Source: an uncultured Bacteroidales bacterium
GTDB taxonomy: Bacteria > Bacteroidota > Bacteroidia > Bacteroidales > WCHB1-69
DNA: 64,000 nt
Reading direction: 5' to 3'
Assembly (NCBI GenBank): GCA_937949745.1
Contig: CALECM010000060.1
Coordinates: forward strand, 4,143-68,142
Every line of letters starts with the position of its first letter. Position 1 is the stretch's first letter. The notes beneath the pieces are model-generated. The model was not told the DNA's origin. It saw only the letters and a program-made list of their open reading frames with translations, and searched no databases. The position numbers were made by a program, and so were the translations under genes. Shown piece by piece: positions 50,674-60,721 of the stretch.

Positions 50674-51879
50674 ATGGATAATAAAATTTTGCAAGTAAGT
50701 GATTCTGTAAAGTGGATCGGAGTTTTGGATAAGAATCTCAAAACCTTCGATATCATCATGGAAACCAAGTTTGGGACTACCTATAATTCCTATTTTATCG
50801 ATGCCGATAAAATAGCTGTGGTAGAAACGGTGAAGGAAAAGTTCTTTGATGTTTACGAAACAAAATTACGACAGGTTTGTAATCCGGAAGAGATTGAATA
50901 TATTATCCTGGATCATACCGAACCCGATCATTCAGGGTCATTGAAAAAAATGCTCGAGATCGCACCGAATGCTACGGTATTGGCATCAGGTCCCGCACTT
51001 AAATTTTTGAGAAACCAACTGGGCTTTGATTTTCCACAAAAAGAATTAAAGGAAGGCGATATTATCGATCTCGGAAATAAAAAGATCAGGGTTATCTCGG
51101 CTCCCAATCTTCACTGGCCGGACAGTATCTATACTTACCTTGAGGAAGATAAGGTTCTATTTACGTGCGATTCTTTCGGTGCTCATTTTTGTAGTGAAGA
51201 GATGTTTGATGATAAAGCGGGCAATTACGACGAAGCGTTCAAATATTATTTTGATGTTATATTAAAACCCTTCAGTAAATTCTTTTTAAAAGCCATCGAC
51301 AAGATCAGGCCTTTGGAAATTAATGCCATCCTCACCGGACATGGTCCTTTGCTGACCACGACATGGAAACAGAAGGTAGACTGGTCGGAGGAGATGTGCA
51401 AAGAATATTTAGCTCATAATCCGGAGAAAAACCGGATATTGCTGGCATTTGTTTCAGCCTATGGGTTTACCCGGACCATAGCGGAAAAATTAAAGGAAGG
51501 CCTTGAAGAAATTGAAGATATTACGGTAGATTACTGTGATATTGAAGAAATGCCCGCTGATATCCTGGCCGATAAGATTTCCAGGGCATCCGCTTACCTT
51601 TTGGGAAGTCCCACGATTAACCAGAATATGTTACCGCAGCTTTACAATATTTTTGCGATGATGACTCCTATCAGGGACAGGGATAAGCTGGCAGGTTGTT
51701 TCGGCTCTTTCGGGTGGAGCGGAGAAGCGGAAAGGGATTTGGTGAACAATTTTGAGAATTTGAAACTCAATTTCTGCGGAGATACGCTTTTCCTTAAATT
51801 CAAACCGCAGGAAGAGGATTTTGAAAGAATTAAAACTTACGGCAAAAAATTTGGCCTTTTAGTAAAAGGCCAAAAATAA
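50674..51879 (+). CDS. Flavodiiron protein (FprA-type: MBL-fold di-iron domain plus flavodoxin domain)
   Basis: LDHTEPDHSGS di-iron motif and a flavodoxin-like C-terminal domain (LLAFVSAYGFT). The start is at MDNKILQV. Confidence 0.8.
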   Translation: MDNKILQVSDSVKWIGVLDKNLKTFDIIMETKFGTTYNSYFIDADKIAVVETVKEKFFDVYETKLRQVCNPEEIEYIILDHTEPDHSGSLKKMLEIAPNATVLASGPALKFLRNQLGFDFPQKELKEGDIIDLGNKKIRVISAPNLHWPDSIYTYLEEDKVLFTCDSFGAHFCSEEMFDDKAGNYDEAFKYYFDVILKPFSKFFLKAIDKIRPLEINAILTGHGPLLTTTWKQKVDWSEEMCKEYLAHNPEKNRILLAFVSAYGFTRTIAEKLKEGLEEIEDITVDYCDIEEMPADILADKISRASAYLLGSPTINQNMLPQLYNIFAMMTPIRDRDKLAGCFGSFGWSGEAERDLVNNFENLKLNFCGDTLFLKFKPQEEDFERIKTYGKKFGLLVKGQK

Positions 51880-51910
51880 TATAAAAAGAAAATAAATTAA
51901 TCAATTTTAG

Positions 51911-51945
51911 AATCAACCAAATATTACATTTGGTTGATTTTTTTC
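51911..51945 (+). terminator. Rho-independent terminator for the flavodiiron gene; the right arm overlaps the rpsT 3' end
   Basis: aatcaaccaaat-attac-atttggttgatt forms a perfect 12-bp stem followed by tttttt. Confidence 0.6.
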
Positions 51946-52175
51946 ATTAAACCTGATTTAAGGTTACCTGCTTTATTTTTATGGATAATGCCCTTCTTAG
52001 CCAATTTATCGATCAGGGAAGTAACACCCGGTAATTGTTTTGCGGCTTCTTCCTTGTTTTCGATGGTACGAATGGTTTTTAATGCGTTACGCATGGTTTT
52101 GGCGTAATAGCGGTTTTCCAGTCTTCTTTTATTGTTTGCTCTTATCCTTTTTAATGCAGATTTGTGGTTTGCCAT
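51924..52175 (-). CDS. rpsT: 30S ribosomal protein S20
   Basis: MANHKSALKRIRANNKRRLENRYYAKTMRNALK. Confidence 0.9.
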   Translation of the reverse strand: MANHKSALKRIRANNKRRLENRYYAKTMRNALKTIRTIENKEEAAKQLPGVTSLIDKLAKKGIIHKNKAGNLKSGLMKKINQM

Positions 52176-52312
52176 CTTTTCAATTATTTGTTTTAAATCT
52201 TAATATGTCTATAATCGGGGTGCAAAAATACAAAATTTTATTTTACAAAAACATACCTAAAAAAAGTTTTTTCCCTGATTCCGGAAGATGTTAAATATTA
52301 TGGTTTCCCTTT

Positions 52313-52735
52313 CTATCCTGTAACTCCATTTTCAAATGCCCTGACCTTTTCTTTATATATTTCCCGGATAGGGACCGAAGAGCCGGAATGACGGTCCAAT
52401 CCGGCAATCACGCTTTTACAGATGGTCTTAACGGTATTTGTTTTCGTATCTCGCAGATGTTGCAGCATTTTCATGCTTTTATTACCCAATTCATAAATTT
52501 TGGTATCGCAGACAATCTGATCGGAAATCAATACCGGCGAGCAGAAATCCAACTCAAGGTGAACCAGTACCAGGTCGAGTTCATTCCATTGGATCGCATT
52601 ACCGAGCAGATTTTCAAGATAAGCACTCCGGCCATAATCGAATAAATTACACTGGGCCCCATTGTTTACGTGCACGAAAGGATCCAGGTCGCTCATACGG
52701 ATCTGAATAGGAGTGCTGAAATTGAATTTTTCCAT
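52313..52735 (-). CDS. Hotdog-fold acyl-CoA thioesterase (4HBT-like)
   Basis: 140 aa. IQIRMSDLDPFVHVNNGAQCNLFDYGR is typical of 4HBT thioesterases. Confidence 0.6.
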   Translation of the reverse strand: MEKFNFSTPIQIRMSDLDPFVHVNNGAQCNLFDYGRSAYLENLLGNAIQWNELDLVLVHLELDFCSPVLISDQIVCDTKIYELGNKSMKMLQHLRDTKTNTVKTICKSVIAGLDRHSGSSVPIREIYKEKVRAFENGVTG

Positions 52736-52783
52736 TTATCTGAGTTTACGGGGACAAAAATAGAAAAAATCCAATTTTCCACT

Positions 52784-52791
52784 ATATTTGC
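52784..52791 (+). promoter_or_regulatory. TAnnTTTG -7 box (TATATTTG)
   Basis: tatatttg ends 10 nt upstream of the ATG at 52802. Confidence 0.45.
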
Positions 52792-52801
52792 CGTAAAAAA
52801 T

Positions 52802-54031
52802 ATGATGCAGGAATCCAGGATATTTACACCATGCCGGATCGGTCCTGTTACATTACGTAACCGGACTATCCGTTCAGCGGCTTTTGAGAATATGGCTTAT
52901 CAAAATAAACCCTCCGAAGATCTGTATAATTACCACGTCAGTGTGGCGGAAGGAGGAGTGGGAATGACGACGGTAGCCTACGCTTCTGTAAACAGAAGCG
53001 GGGTTTCGTTCGACGGCCAGTTATGGATGCGGGAAGAGATCGTTCCGGAATTACGGCGACTGACCGATGCGGTCCATGCGGCCGGAGCCAAAGCTTCTAT
53101 CCAGCTGGGGCACTGCGGAAATATGACTCACAAGGCTACCTGCGGACAAAAACCGGTAGGCGCCAGTAACGGCTTTAATCTCTATTCTCCCACTTTCTAT
53201 CGGAAGCTTACGGAGACAGAGATCCACGGACTGGTAAAGGATTTCGGTACGGCGGTGGAACTAGCTGGAAAAGCCGGATTCGATTGCGTGGAGATTCACG
53301 CCGGACACGGATATCTCATTAGCCAGTTCCTTTCACCTTATACCAATCATCGGAAAGACAAATTCGGAGGAAATCTTGAGAACAGGATGCTCTTTATGAA
53401 AATGGTTATGGCGGAAGTAATGAAAGCAGCCGGCGATGACATGGCTGTGGTGGTCAAAATCAATATGTACGATGGTTTCAGGGGAGGATTGGGAATTGAA
53501 GACTGTATTACGGTGGCCCGCGAATTGGAAAAAACAGGCGTGCATGCGCTGGTACTTTCGGCGGGTTTTGTGAGCCGGGCACCCATGGCGGTGATGCGTG
53601 GAAAAATGCCATACAAAACGCTGGCTTATTACATGGATAAAAAGAAATTCTGGTGGCTTAAAATCGGTATACGTTTATTCGGCTGGCTTATTATTCCTCC
53701 TGTTGAATATAAGGAAGCCTATTTCCTGGAAGATGCCAAAAAATTCAGGCAGGCGCTGGATATTCCTTTGATTTATGTCGGGGGATTGGTTTCGAAAAAT
53801 ATGATAGAGAAAGTATTGGATGAAGACTTTGTGGCGGTACAAATGGCCCGTTCTTTATTACATGATCCGGGTTTTGTGAATAAGATGAAAGAAGGGGAGG
53901 AGCGATGCGGTTGTAAACATTCCAATTATTGTATAGGAAGGATGTATACGCTGGAAATGAAATGCCATCATTGTGTGGAAGACCTACCCGTGAAACTACG
54001 GAGGGAAATAGATAAAGCCGAAAGGTCATAA
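52802..54031 (+). CDS. NADH:flavin oxidoreductase (Old Yellow Enzyme family)
   Basis: PCRIGPVTLRNRTIRSAAFE, QLGHCGN and VEIHAGHGYLISQFLSP. I use the ATG at 52802, because the longer track ORF would overlap the divergent thioesterase gene. Confidence 0.8.
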   Translation: MMQESRIFTPCRIGPVTLRNRTIRSAAFENMAYQNKPSEDLYNYHVSVAEGGVGMTTVAYASVNRSGVSFDGQLWMREEIVPELRRLTDAVHAAGAKASIQLGHCGNMTHKATCGQKPVGASNGFNLYSPTFYRKLTETEIHGLVKDFGTAVELAGKAGFDCVEIHAGHGYLISQFLSPYTNHRKDKFGGNLENRMLFMKMVMAEVMKAAGDDMAVVVKINMYDGFRGGLGIEDCITVARELEKTGVHALVLSAGFVSRAPMAVMRGKMPYKTLAYYMDKKKFWWLKIGIRLFGWLIIPPVEYKEAYFLEDAKKFRQALDIPLIYVGGLVSKNMIEKVLDEDFVAVQMARSLLHDPGFVNKMKEGEERCGCKHSNYCIGRMYTLEMKCHHCVEDLPVKLRREIDKAERS

Positions 54032-54067
54032 AAAAATTCATCGGACAGACAAGCCATCCGACGAATT
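54030..54067 (-). terminator. Candidate terminator for the 2199-aa gene
   Basis: aattcatcgga (54035-54045) pairs with tccgacgaatt (54057-54067) at 10 of 11 positions. On the minus strand it is followed by T7. The T-tract abuts the stop of the convergent OYE gene. Confidence 0.45.
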
Positions 54068-54121
54068 CCACCAAAATAAAACCAATAAAACACTTAAACT
54101 ATCAAAACCAATAGGCTTAAG

Positions 54122-57100
54122 CTATTTTCTTTTTAAACACCGGATACTGTATCCGAGGTGTTTATCTGTATGTTTTTCCAAAAGATCATCACAACCGTAC
54201 ATCAATTCGAAATAATAGGCGCCGAGACCTTCAGGGGTTTCATCGGAAGCCCAGAAATAAGCATTACCCATAAGATAATAGAACTGGTCTACATGTCCGT
54301 TGTAATATCCTGCCGGCAGTGCGGTAAACCCTGTGCTGTTATCTCCGGGATCCTGGATCCAGTAATCGGGTGATTTTAGTGAGGACGCACTCAGAGTCAT
54401 CAATTCCCTATAATCTTCGATCGTAGGAAGATGCCATCCGTCGGGGCATATTCCCTGGATATGGTCAGAGGCTGCAAAAGGAGAAACTCCGGGAACCGTA
54501 TCCACTGCCGCATACCAGCTGTACAACCTGCCGAAGATCGCTTCGTTCCGGTTTGAATCGGAATACATGCTTGAGTAATATACCCATACATCAGGAATGG
54601 GACGTCCATCCGCATAGTTAAGAGATTCCAGGTTTCGCTGGGTCCAGCAATTACATCCGATCTGCACACCCGGATAGCGGTTTCCGTTATAATCCACGGC
54701 GGTATCACAAGGAGGATACATCCGGTATACTTTCTGGATACAGGAAGCAAAATTACCGCAATCATCTATCGCTTCCCATTCTATTTCAAAATAATTCTGG
54801 GTAATGTCGATCTCGTGAATATTATGGGTAATCCGGATATTGGTATCGCTTCCGTAATGATCGTATATATAATGGCTCCATTCAGGAGGAGGCATGTTGA
54901 AAGGCGGTTCGCATTCTTCCCAATGAAGGGCTATCGTGTCGTCACGGCATAACAATTCGAAGTAATAACCGTCCGCTTCGTCATTATTCATATAAACCGT
55001 TACCTCCCTGATCAGGCTGTCGCAGCCGTGCTGGTTCTTCACTATATATCTTTTGGTTTCCGAACCGAAAAATGTGCTGTCATAAACGGTGATCGGGAAA
55101 TTACAGGTATAAATCACCGTATCGTTCACGGGCTGGTTAATGTAAGACGGGAAAACGGTTAGGGTCAGTCTTCTTATACTATCGCATAAACCGTTGGCCG
55201 TGGTAAGATTCCGGGTATAAACAAAGATTCCGGAGTTAAGGGAATCCTCCGTCCGGATTACCCAGTCATAGCCGCTGTAGATATCCCCGTGACATACGGA
55301 ATCGGCAAAATCCAGTTCTAATGCCGGTAATATCGTAAGTTCCAGTGTCCTGATACTATCACAATTTCCGTTCACGGTTAACAGACGTTCCTCATAAGTG
55401 TAAGTTCCGGGATTGACCGTATCTGCGGTGTTGACAGACCAGTCGTTTTCCGTAAAGGTTTCTCCTAAACAGATACTGCCGGTGAATTGCAGGTTGTAGA
55501 CAGGATTTACATTCAAACGGATTATCGCCGGTTTATAGTTCGTTACCTGCAGTCCGGTATTATTTAGGGCGCACAAAGAATCATTGCCTACCGTCACATA
55601 AAATACGGTGTCCCTTAACGGATTGACCATAGTGAGCCTGGATTCGGTTTTGCTGGTCCCGTTCACTATTTCCGTGTAAACGACGTCGGTTAATGAACTA
55701 TCGCTGTACCATACGAAGGTTTGCGGGAAGGTTATCGTTGAAGAGGCAGTTAAGCTGGTATCCATACCATAGCAAATAGTTGCCGGGTTAATTTGGATTT
55801 CAGCGGGATCTGCATATTCGCGTATGACAGCCTCTACAGGTTTCAATTGTTGCTTTGTGGTAATAGAGGCTTCCCATCCCGGCAATCCCAGAGAATCATT
55901 GGATTGGAAACTTACGGTAAGACTTCCCCCGGTTGTGGTAAAAGTCAAAGGCATCAATGCATTCAGGTTTCCTCTCATCGGAGGTGTCAGTAGAGGTGCA
56001 TTGGTACTGTTCCCGTCGTAGAGATAAAGATAATCATTAAAAATAGAATCTGTAATGAATGAGGTAAAAGTGATGGTAATCATATCTTCCGCCAAAGAAG
56101 TAAAAGTCAGGGTATAATTTTCCGATGTATCGTAAGGCATAAACGGTCCGCCGGAATCAAAAAATCTTACGATGACATCCGGATATACGGTTACAAGGCC
56201 ATCTCCCATCACAACTAATTCTTCCTCTTCGGGATCGAATACATAAAACGCACACACTTCTTCATTGCTTACCGTTACATAACGGGTAATATTATTTGAG
56301 ATACCAGGCACATTCAGTGTTGCCGGACTTTCGGAAGCGTTCTCGATCGTATCTACTTGAATAAGGTTCCGTCCTAAAGAATCCATATACCAATAGAAAT
56401 ATTGCGGATAAGGTAAATCAACTTCTGCTGTGAGGTGCGCTTCCGAACCACGACAAACGGTGTCCGGAATGGTTATAATTTCTGTATTAATGATATTACG
56501 TTTAATTTGAATCGTAAGTGTATCCTCATCCACCTGACGGGGATCTCCTTCCCAGTTCCAGTCGCCGTATACGGTATTTATATTACTGTCACCCTGGTCA
56601 CATCCCCATATTTGTCCTTTAATCTGGGCAGATGTTTTGGTTAACTGCGAATGGGCTTCAAGGTTGAGGGGGAATATTACGGAATCCTTTGCAGGGACAG
56701 AATCCAGTTTAAACTCCAGATTCGTAGCTCCCTCCATAGAAATATGGAATGGCAAATGAATGCGGGTATATACGTTTGTAGCCGTCTGGCTTCCATCGTT
56801 TCTTATGGTTACATTGACCGGAAAATCTCCCGGGCAAATCTCATCTTCGGTAGTGTTTAAATTTAAGGAAAGAACAATGGCTGCGGCATCTAGGAAGAAA
56901 TTACTTACTGCGCTGTCAGTACAGGCTTCCGGTGCGTTATCCAGTACCACAACCCTGTAGTAAGTGGGTGTGGTAAGATTCGTAACAGCATAATTCGCAG
57001 TGGTAACGGGCGTCAAAGTCCAGTTAATACTATCTGCACTTGTATACCATTTATAAATGTAAGAGTCATGGCCTCCCGAAGGCTGCGCGTCCAATACGGT

Positions 57101-60100
57101 AGAACCATTATAATGTATTGGCAGGGAATCACGGCTGGTTATATATGCACTGAGCGTATCCAAAACCACAACCCTTGCCGGTACCGGTCCGTTCCTTACA
57201 CCTACCATGGCACTCCAGCCGGCTTCCGTATTGTTGAAATTAGATACAAAAAGTATCGTCAGGCTATCACCCGTTGAAGTGAAAGGGCCGGGTAGATTGG
57301 TATTTAGGTTCCCTCCCAATTCCGAAGCCAACACAGGGGAATTGATAGAACCTCCGTCATAAATATACATTTTATCAAATGTCGAATTTTCGGTAATAAA
57401 AGAATCAAACCTGATATTGACTCCGCTTCCCGGTGTCTGTGAAACAAAAGTGTGGGTAAGTACTTCGTTATTGCTGTAATTAGCTTCCGGTCCCCCGGAA
57501 TCGAAAAATCGTATGCTTTCACCGCATTCTATCAGGGTGGTACCATTATTCATATTGATACTATTATCGGAAACTCCCGGTTGGTAAGCGCAATAGTCCT
57601 CATTTTGGGCGGTCAGGTAAAACGTGGTGTCTCTTATCATATGATCAAGAATAAGAGTAGATGTTTGGCCTGCGGCCCGTATTGTATCCGATTTCAAGAA
57701 CAGGTTCAGGTCTTCATCCCGGTACCAGTTGATCACATATGGATAATTCATGTCAGCCGTAATAGAAAAATCTGCATTCCCGTCGTAACATACTTCTTCT
57801 TGGAATGGTGATATTCTACAACTGGAAGAAGTCGATTTGATACGGATTTCGATCGTATCTTCGGGTAACTGATAATTGCATCGTTCATCCTGTACATCCG
57901 TCAGCCAGACTAACATATTGGATAAAGGTGTTACCAGCATAGTATCAGTATCTCCCTCAGTTCTGTTGGAGAAAGTCCGTGTCGTGATCGTATTGTTCAT
58001 CTCGGTGGCTACGGTATAAGTAATGTTTCCATCGCCGTGAGGAGTTAAAATAACCGGATAGTCTTCGCCGGGGCATATGGAAGCATCCTGAGCTATGTTC
58101 ACGGAAGGAGCCGTTAATATGGACAAATGGATACTGTCTCTTACCAGAGGACAATAAGAATTTGCCACTTCCAGGTAATACCAGCCGCTATCCTGCAGAG
58201 CACGGCGTACCAGCCTTTCGGTATTTTGCGTATTGCTGATAAAACCGTTAGGCCCACGCCACGTATATTCCACATCTCCTAAGGATAAACCGTTCATGAT
58301 CGCGGTACTTCCCTCGCAAATGGTCAATTCTTTACTGCTGTTATTGGCGAACCATGCTTTTCGGGTTGATTCCAGGTTAACGACCGTGGCCGGTGTTTCG
58401 AAACTGGCCCCGCATGAATCGGTGATCGAAACGAGGATGCGTTCGCCAAGTCTGGCTCGTATATCACCGAAATCTCCGGTAGTATTGGTTCCTAAAATAA
58501 TATTTGTATTCGCGGAATCTTTGGAAACCGTGTATGTATAGGGCTTTTTACCTGTCATGCCACGTACATTCACGCTGGCAATAGTATCGATCTCGCTGCA
58601 TACATACGCTTCAAGATAATCATATTGGATAGTTGCCCCGTAATAATTTATGATTGTGTCGAAAATACCGCAACTACTGTTGGCATTAGTACTGGAATAC
58701 ATCCTTAAGGTATAATCACCATGGATAGTCAGTCTTATCGGATTATTAACGGTTACCGCGTCTTGCGGGTATCCTCCGGATGGTCCGGCAATAACCCTGA
58801 AATAGGTCGTGACATTATTATTGTCAACCGTTACCTGTCCCGCACGGGGAATAATATCCAGCGCACCGCAATCCAGTAGTTGCTCATATACCGGATGAGA
58901 AGCGATTTCAATGAAGCTTGGGAAAGCAAAGGTACGGTTTATGGTTTCAGTTCGGCATGCTGTGGTAATGGAGAATTGATAAGTTCCCGAAGGAAGGTCG
59001 ATCGCTGCCATTTCAAGATCATTGGGAGTATCATTGCCGGAATAAATATTAGCGGTATTCGTAGGATTCTCTTTGGTAATAATCCAGTTATTTGTAGCTC
59101 TCCGATAAAGCGCCGTAAAATTATAACGGTTGTTTTCAGGACTTTGGATCAATCTCACGACCGTACTGTCCAGATATTCCGGGCTTGGATTTTGCCTGAT
59201 AATACTGATCCTTCTCTCGTACTGTCCACAGTTATCCCCATTTTGATAATGGTTGTTGATCTGCCAGGTCGTATTATTACGGCCTCCTCCAGTGACATAA
59301 TTGCGGGTTCGATAATTTACGGTTTGGTTATGGTTACTTATAATACAGCCGTTGGCATCAGTTGAAGTGATATTGATCACATTTCCGTCCATATCAGGAG
59401 TTATATTTACATTTTGTCTCCAGTTATAGGAATTTGAAGCACCTGTTACCCTGCTGATTTCATTTCCCGTTGTGACATTGGTCGTGACAATTGTAACCGG
59501 CGGAGTATAATAAAAATTAGCTGTTCCGTTAGTCACAACACCTCCACGGTAATTGTTTACCTGTTGGTAAAATGAAGAAGTATGTTGGAATAATACATCC
59601 CTTTTGGTCACGAATCCGCAGGAGTCATATGTGGCCGGCGTGGAGACGGTGGAATCTGTAGAATAAACATAGGAAGAATTGATATTAGGATATCCGAATG
59701 AGAATGTATGGGTAAAATCCGATCCGGTGGGACAAACTTTATTCCTTACGGTTACGGTTACGGATTTTCCGTTCAGGGCGCAATAATTGCTTATGGGAAG
59801 CGTATCGAGAACAGTACCGTTTCCGGTAATATCTTTCCATCCCGGGGAACTGTATACGCCGTCGATATTGATACGGTACTCCCACCAGGACTGATTTCCA
59901 TATAGTGTCATGTAAGCATAATAATAAAAGGAATTATTGCCGAACATGTTCTGGAGCAACGAAAACCGGATAATATTACTGGAAATGGATGGTGGATCCT
60001 GAAAAATATACATACTGTTTTGCTGATAATTCGCTTCCGCTTCCGCTACAGTTCCCGAGACGAAAGGCATGGAATAACCGCATCCGTCCGTAACACGGAA

Positions 60101-60721
60101 AATATAATCGCCTGCGCTAAGGTTATCGATCGTATAATAATCCCGGAAATCATACCGGTTATCGGCATTTCCGTTATATTGCCTTGTTGAAAACGTATCT
60201 CTCCGGTAAAGGGCGCCGTCTTTCATAATCTCGATGATATATGGAAAAGTACCCTGCTCAATCCTTAACTGGATCTTTCCGCTTGGCTGGCAGGGAAAAC
60301 TGGGTATGGAACCATATATATGACCCGGTGAGAAATTACCCTGCACCAGTCCCACATCCGGATAGTTATAAGAAGAATTTACCACAATGTTAGAGAGATT
60401 TTGTGATACAGCCGTAGTATTACAATACGCGTCCACAACAACCTCGTATGTTCCGGCATTCAATGACCCGAAGACATTGTTAGTCTGAGGCCCGATGTTG
60501 GATCCGCTGGAATTATATAAGGTATACCTGAAATCAGATAAGTTTTTACCCTCGGTATCATTGAGGTTGACTGTAATTTGCCCGTTTCCCGGACATGTTT
60601 CTTCAGACACGCTGGTCGTGATGGTGAAATCACAATCCTGACCGTGTAATTTGACCATAGGTAATAGAATTAATATACCCAGGAAGAAAATAAAGAATTT
60701 AGAGAATAGCTTTTTTTTCAT
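54122..60721 (-). CDS. Giant secreted multidomain protein (2199 aa): SprB-like/Ig-like repeats, two CUB-like modules, C-terminal Fibrobacter succinogenes major paralogous (FISUMP) domain
   Basis: Signal peptide MKKKLFSKFFIFFLGILILLPMVKLHG. Ig-like modules have the form C.G......L.A......Y.WY.D. CUB-like modules lie at about 57203-57529 (RFFDSGGPEANYSNN...MYIYDGGS...EAGWSA) and about 55865-56200 (RFFDSGGPFMPYDTSENY...LYLYDGNS...LPGWEAS). The FISUMP-like end lies at about 54125-54709 (DYNGNRYPGVQIGCNCWTQRNL...GRLYSWYAA...CPDGWHLPT..DY..L...GFTALPAGY...AYFWAS...GYSIRC). Confidence 0.8.
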   Translation of the reverse strand: MKKKLFSKFFIFFLGILILLPMVKLHGQDCDFTITTSVSEETCPGNGQITVNLNDTEGKNLSDFRYTLYNSSGSNIGPQTNNVFGSLNAGTYEVVVDAYCNTTAVSQNLSNIVVNSSYNYPDVGLVQGNFSPGHIYGSIPSFPCQPSGKIQLRIEQGTFPYIIEIMKDGALYRRDTFSTRQYNGNADNRYDFRDYYTIDNLSAGDYIFRVTDGCGYSMPFVSGTVAEAEANYQQNSMYIFQDPPSISSNIIRFSLLQNMFGNNSFYYYAYMTLYGNQSWWEYRINIDGVYSSPGWKDITGNGTVLDTLPISNYCALNGKSVTVTVRNKVCPTGSDFTHTFSFGYPNINSSYVYSTDSTVSTPATYDSCGFVTKRDVLFQHTSSFYQQVNNYRGGVVTNGTANFYYTPPVTIVTTNVTTGNEISRVTGASNSYNWRQNVNITPDMDGNVINITSTDANGCIISNHNQTVNYRTRNYVTGGGRNNTTWQINNHYQNGDNCGQYERRISIIRQNPSPEYLDSTVVRLIQSPENNRYNFTALYRRATNNWIITKENPTNTANIYSGNDTPNDLEMAAIDLPSGTYQFSITTACRTETINRTFAFPSFIEIASHPVYEQLLDCGALDIIPRAGQVTVDNNNVTTYFRVIAGPSGGYPQDAVTVNNPIRLTIHGDYTLRMYSSTNANSSCGIFDTIINYYGATIQYDYLEAYVCSEIDTIASVNVRGMTGKKPYTYTVSKDSANTNIILGTNTTGDFGDIRARLGERILVSITDSCGASFETPATVVNLESTRKAWFANNSSKELTICEGSTAIMNGLSLGDVEYTWRGPNGFISNTQNTERLVRRALQDSGWYYLEVANSYCPLVRDSIHLSILTAPSVNIAQDASICPGEDYPVILTPHGDGNITYTVATEMNNTITTRTFSNRTEGDTDTMLVTPLSNMLVWLTDVQDERCNYQLPEDTIEIRIKSTSSSCRISPFQEEVCYDGNADFSITADMNYPYVINWYRDEDLNLFLKSDTIRAAGQTSTLILDHMIRDTTFYLTAQNEDYCAYQPGVSDNSINMNNGTTLIECGESIRFFDSGGPEANYSNNEVLTHTFVSQTPGSGVNIRFDSFITENSTFDKMYIYDGGSINSPVLASELGGNLNTNLPGPFTSTGDSLTILFVSNFNNTEAGWSAMVGVRNGPVPARVVVLDTLSAYITSRDSLPIHYNGSTVLDAQPSGGHDSYIYKWYTSADSINWTLTPVTTANYAVTNLTTPTYYRVVVLDNAPEACTDSAVSNFFLDAAAIVLSLNLNTTEDEICPGDFPVNVTIRNDGSQTATNVYTRIHLPFHISMEGATNLEFKLDSVPAKDSVIFPLNLEAHSQLTKTSAQIKGQIWGCDQGDSNINTVYGDWNWEGDPRQVDEDTLTIQIKRNIINTEIITIPDTVCRGSEAHLTAEVDLPYPQYFYWYMDSLGRNLIQVDTIENASESPATLNVPGISNNITRYVTVSNEEVCAFYVFDPEEEELVVMGDGLVTVYPDVIVRFFDSGGPFMPYDTSENYTLTFTSLAEDMITITFTSFITDSIFNDYLYLYDGNSTNAPLLTPPMRGNLNALMPLTFTTTGGSLTVSFQSNDSLGLPGWEASITTKQQLKPVEAVIREYADPAEIQINPATICYGMDTSLTASSTITFPQTFVWYSDSSLTDVVYTEIVNGTSKTESRLTMVNPLRDTVFYVTVGNDSLCALNNTGLQVTNYKPAIIRLNVNPVYNLQFTGSICLGETFTENDWSVNTADTVNPGTYTYEERLLTVNGNCDSIRTLELTILPALELDFADSVCHGDIYSGYDWVIRTEDSLNSGIFVYTRNLTTANGLCDSIRRLTLTVFPSYINQPVNDTVIYTCNFPITVYDSTFFGSETKRYIVKNQHGCDSLIREVTVYMNNDEADGYYFELLCRDDTIALHWEECEPPFNMPPPEWSHYIYDHYGSDTNIRITHNIHEIDITQNYFEIEWEAIDDCGNFASCIQKVYRMYPPCDTAVDYNGNRYPGVQIGCNCWTQRNLESLNYADGRPIPDVWVYYSSMYSDSNRNEAIFGRLYSWYAAVDTVPGVSPFAASDHIQGICPDGWHLPTIEDYRELMTLSASSLKSPDYWIQDPGDNSTGFTALPAGYYNGHVDQFYYLMGNAYFWASDETPEGLGAYYFELMYGCDDLLEKHTDKHLGYSIRCLKRK

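Noticed and set aside
52670-52801. N-terminal extension of the OYE reductase ORF (start at 52670)
   Set aside because: It would overlap the divergent thioesterase gene. A TAnnTTTG box at 52784-52791 precedes the ATG at 52802, which starts at the conserved OYE N-terminus.
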